Source of the DNA: Phyllobates terribilis
Lineage: Eukaryota
Length of the DNA stretch: 64,000 nucleotides
Assembly: GCF_046119375.1 (NCBI RefSeq)
Contig: NW_027362767.1
Location: forward strand, 246,884,001 to 246,948,000
Reading direction: 5' to 3'
Part shown: positions 61,387 to 64,000 of the stretch, piece by piece
Layout of the letters: every line of letters starts with the position of its first letter
How positions within the stretch are numbered: the first letter of the stretch is position 1
Made by a program: the position numbers and the translations under genes
Notes under the pieces: model-generated
Databases searched by the model: none
What the model saw: only the letters and a program-made list of their open reading frames with translations
Told to the model about the DNA's origin: nothing

Positions 61387-62512
61387 TGTAGCGTCGGCGT
61401 CCCTGCCTCCTGCTAGGCAGGGACGCTGTTCCCCTCACCTCTCCACTCCGTGCCCGGCGTCCTCCTCCCGCTCTGCTGGCAGCGCGCGCTGCTTCCCGGC
61501 CACTGTGCTTAGGGCGCGCGCGCTCCTCCTCTATTAAAGGGGCCGCGCGCGCCGTCCTAAGGAGTCCCCGGCCAATGGCCGGAGGACCTCACCATATATA
61601 AGGCACCTCCTCCAAAATGGAGGTGCCCGAGCAATGTTGTTGCAAAGCCTTCACTCTGCTTCAGCCCTCAGGTCCCGCGACCAGTTACCTGCCAGTCACC
61701 TGCCAGATTCCTGCTTGATACCTGCCTGATATCCGTTTACCTGCTTGCAAGCCTGCGGTCCGACGGTCTGCCTTCCGACACCTGTCAGTCTGTCTATGGA
61801 CCAGCCTGCCCGCTCACCTGGGAGCGCTCATCTGCTACCTGCCTGCTAGCCTACCTGGAGGCTCCGCTGTCACTTGCCGTGGCCGCCTGCCCGTCCAGAG
61901 ACTCTTGCCCGCTCACCTGGGAGCGCTCACCTGCTGCCTGCCTGCTAGCCTACCTGGAGGCTCTGCCGTCACTTGCCGTGACCACTTGCCTGTCCAGAGT
62001 CTCTTGCCTGCTCACCTGGGAGCGCTCACCTGCTACCTGTCTGCTAGCCTACCTGGAGGCTCTGCTGTCACTTGCCGTGACCACCTGCCCGTCCAGAGAC
62101 TCTTGCCCGCTCACCTGGGAGCGCTCACCTGCTATCTGCCTGCTAGCCTACCTGGAGGCTCTGCCGTCACTTGCCGTGATCACCTGCCTGTCCAAAGACT
62201 TTCGCCCGCTCACCTGGGAGCGCTCACCAGCCACCTGCCTGCTGTCCTTCTACCCAGAGACTGTCCCTGTCACTTGCCGTGAGTACCTGTCCTTCTACTC
62301 AGAGATTGTCCCTGTCACTTGCCGTGACTACCTGCCCTTCTACCCAGAGACTGTCCCTGTCACTTGCCGTGACTACCTGCCCTTCTACCCAGAGACTGTC
62401 CCTGTCAATTGCCGTGACTACCTGCCCGTCTTCCCCGGGAGCCACCCGCTTCCTTACAAGGACCGCCCCCTTGTATAGTTGCTCAGAGGTTCTGCCTCCC
62501 AGACCCGTTACA
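61387..62512 (+). mobile_element. Solo LTR of the same family as gypsy element B
   Basis: TGTAGC...GTTACA with TSD CACCC (61382-61386 and 62513-62517). Shares CATATATAAGGCACCTCCTCCAAAATGG and the terminal hairpin with LTR B. Internal repeats of about 99 bp and 39 bp. Confidence 0.9.
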
Positions 62513-62583
62513 CACCCCCATAGCATGATGCTGCCACCACCATGTTTCACTTTTGGGATTGTATTGGGCAGGTGATGAGCAGT

Positions 62584-63571
62584 AAATCACCACATCTACA
62601 CTGGATTACAGTGCAGAAAAACAAAGAGATCCATTAATGTAATTAAAAATTTGTTTTATTTCATCAATAAGTTAAAATCATAACAACGAAAGTCATCCAC
62701 ATAACATAGAATTAAAAAAGCAGAGTGCCCAGTAAGGGGGACAAACTCCTGCACAACAATATAGTGTACAATAGGCTAAAAAAATGACTATTTTGGTATA
62801 ATGTTACTGTAGTATATAAGACCTCCTTACAAAAAATCTCTATACACCATTTGTAATATGCTATATAACTATAGCTTGATATAGTAGATATGAATCAATG
62901 AGGGGAACAAAACCCTTTACTTAGACCACAATAATATGCAGAAGTCAAACAAAAGACAAAGATAATCATTCATATGAGATGAGCCAAATACCTGATCAGT
63001 GTGATGTCAGGAGATAAGCCATGGTACAATGTACCTAAAGTGAGAGCAGGACGCTGTCCACCTTCACGTTGTACCATGGCTTATCTCCTGACATCACACT
63101 GATCAGGTATTTGGCTCATCTCATATGAATGATTATCTTTGTCTTTTGTTTGACTTCTGCATATTATTGTGGTCTAAGTAAAGGGTTTTGTTCCCCTCAT
63201 TGATTCATATCTACTATATCAAGCTATAGTTATATAGCATATTACAAATGGTGTATAGAGATTTTTTGTAAGGAGGTCTTATATACTACAGTAACATTAT
63301 ACCAAAATAGTCATTTTTTGAGCCTATTGTACACTATATTGTTGTGCAGGAGTTTGTCCCCCTTACTGGGCACTCTGCTTTTTTAATTCTATGTTATGTG
63401 GATGACTTTCGTTGTTATGATTTTAACTTATTGATGAAATAAAACGAATTTTTAATTACATTAATGGATCTCTTTGTTTTTCTGCACTGTAATCTAGTGT
63501 AGATGTGGTGATTTATGGATTTGTTTGAAGAGCCATTTTTTACATATATATATACAATTATTTGATGTTTA
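62584..63571. repeat. Near-perfect 446-bp-arm palindrome inserted with a 14-bp TSD
   Basis: Arms at 62584-63029 and 63069-63514, a 39-bp spacer and a 57-bp tail. TSD AGGTGATGAGCAGT at 62570-62583 and 63572-63585. Confidence 0.9.
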
Positions 63572-64000
63572 AGGTGATGAGCAGTGCCTGGTTTTCTCCA
63601 CACATACCGCTTAGAATTAACACCAAAAAGTTCTATCTTCGTCTCATCAGACCAGAGAATCTCATTTCTCATAATCTGGGAGTCCTTCATGTGTTTTGAG
63701 CAAACTCTATGCGGGCTTTCATATGTCTTGCACTGAGGAGAGGCTTCCGTCGGGCCACTCTGCCATAAAGGCTCGACTGGTGGAGGGCTGCAGTGATAGT
63801 TGACTTTCTGGAACTTTCTCCCATCTCCCTACTGCATCTCTGGAGCTCAGCCACAGTGATCTTGGGGTTCTACTTTACCTCTCTCACCAAGGCTCTCCTC
63901 CCACGATTGCTCAGTTTGGCTGGACGGCCAGGTCTAGGAAGACTTCTGGTGGTCCCAAACGTCTTCCATTTAAGGATTATGGAGGCCACTGTGCTATTAA

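Larger units (their letters stand above)
60739..64000 (-). mobile_element. Tc1 element interrupted by a solo LTR and a palindromic insert; runs off the window
   Basis: TA|CAGTGGGTACGGAAAGTATTCAG terminus. Minus-strand FQQDNDPKH...WPSQSPDLNPIDHLW and ILWSDETKIELFG. Confidence 0.9.

Noticed and set aside
61879-62575. Repetitive ORFs of 98-199 aa
   Set aside because: They are products of the tandem repeats in the solo LTR.
47417-64000. Exons 2-5 of the TOR1B-like gene
   Set aside because: No GQHL, GKN or DE-motif exon was found; the region is explained by transposons. The exons presumably lie downstream, although an orphan exon 1 cannot be excluded.

Overview
Eukaryotic, intron-rich vertebrate DNA, most likely a frog (inferred from the T2/Kolobok-type MITEs, V-SINE, CR1, L1, Penelope and Tc1 content). 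The window covers the USP20-C9orf78-torsin syntenic block. It contains: the first coding exon of USP20 (- strand); a short head-to-head promoter; a complete 9-exon C9orf78 (291 aa); and a tandem, same-strand torsin-1 cluster. The cluster is a decayed torsin pseudogene (exons 2-5), an intact but divergent 5-exon torsin-1-like gene (328 aa), and exon 1 of a TOR1B-like gene whose remaining exons lie beyond the window. The rest is transposon-derived. Intron 4 of the pseudogene holds a nested stack (Penelope > L1 > solo LTR > chromovirus Ty3/gypsy) in which the three inner insertions each keep a target-site duplication (TSD). Also present are several solo LTRs, three Tc1 elements plus a remnant, fold-back palindromes with hammerhead-ribozyme-like cores, and a non-autonomous Helitron packed with CCAAT hairpins that was triplicated (about 2.49-kb period) together with half of a Tc1. 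No prokaryotic-type system or CRISPR array is supported. All gene and family names come from recalled sequences and motifs, not from database searches.
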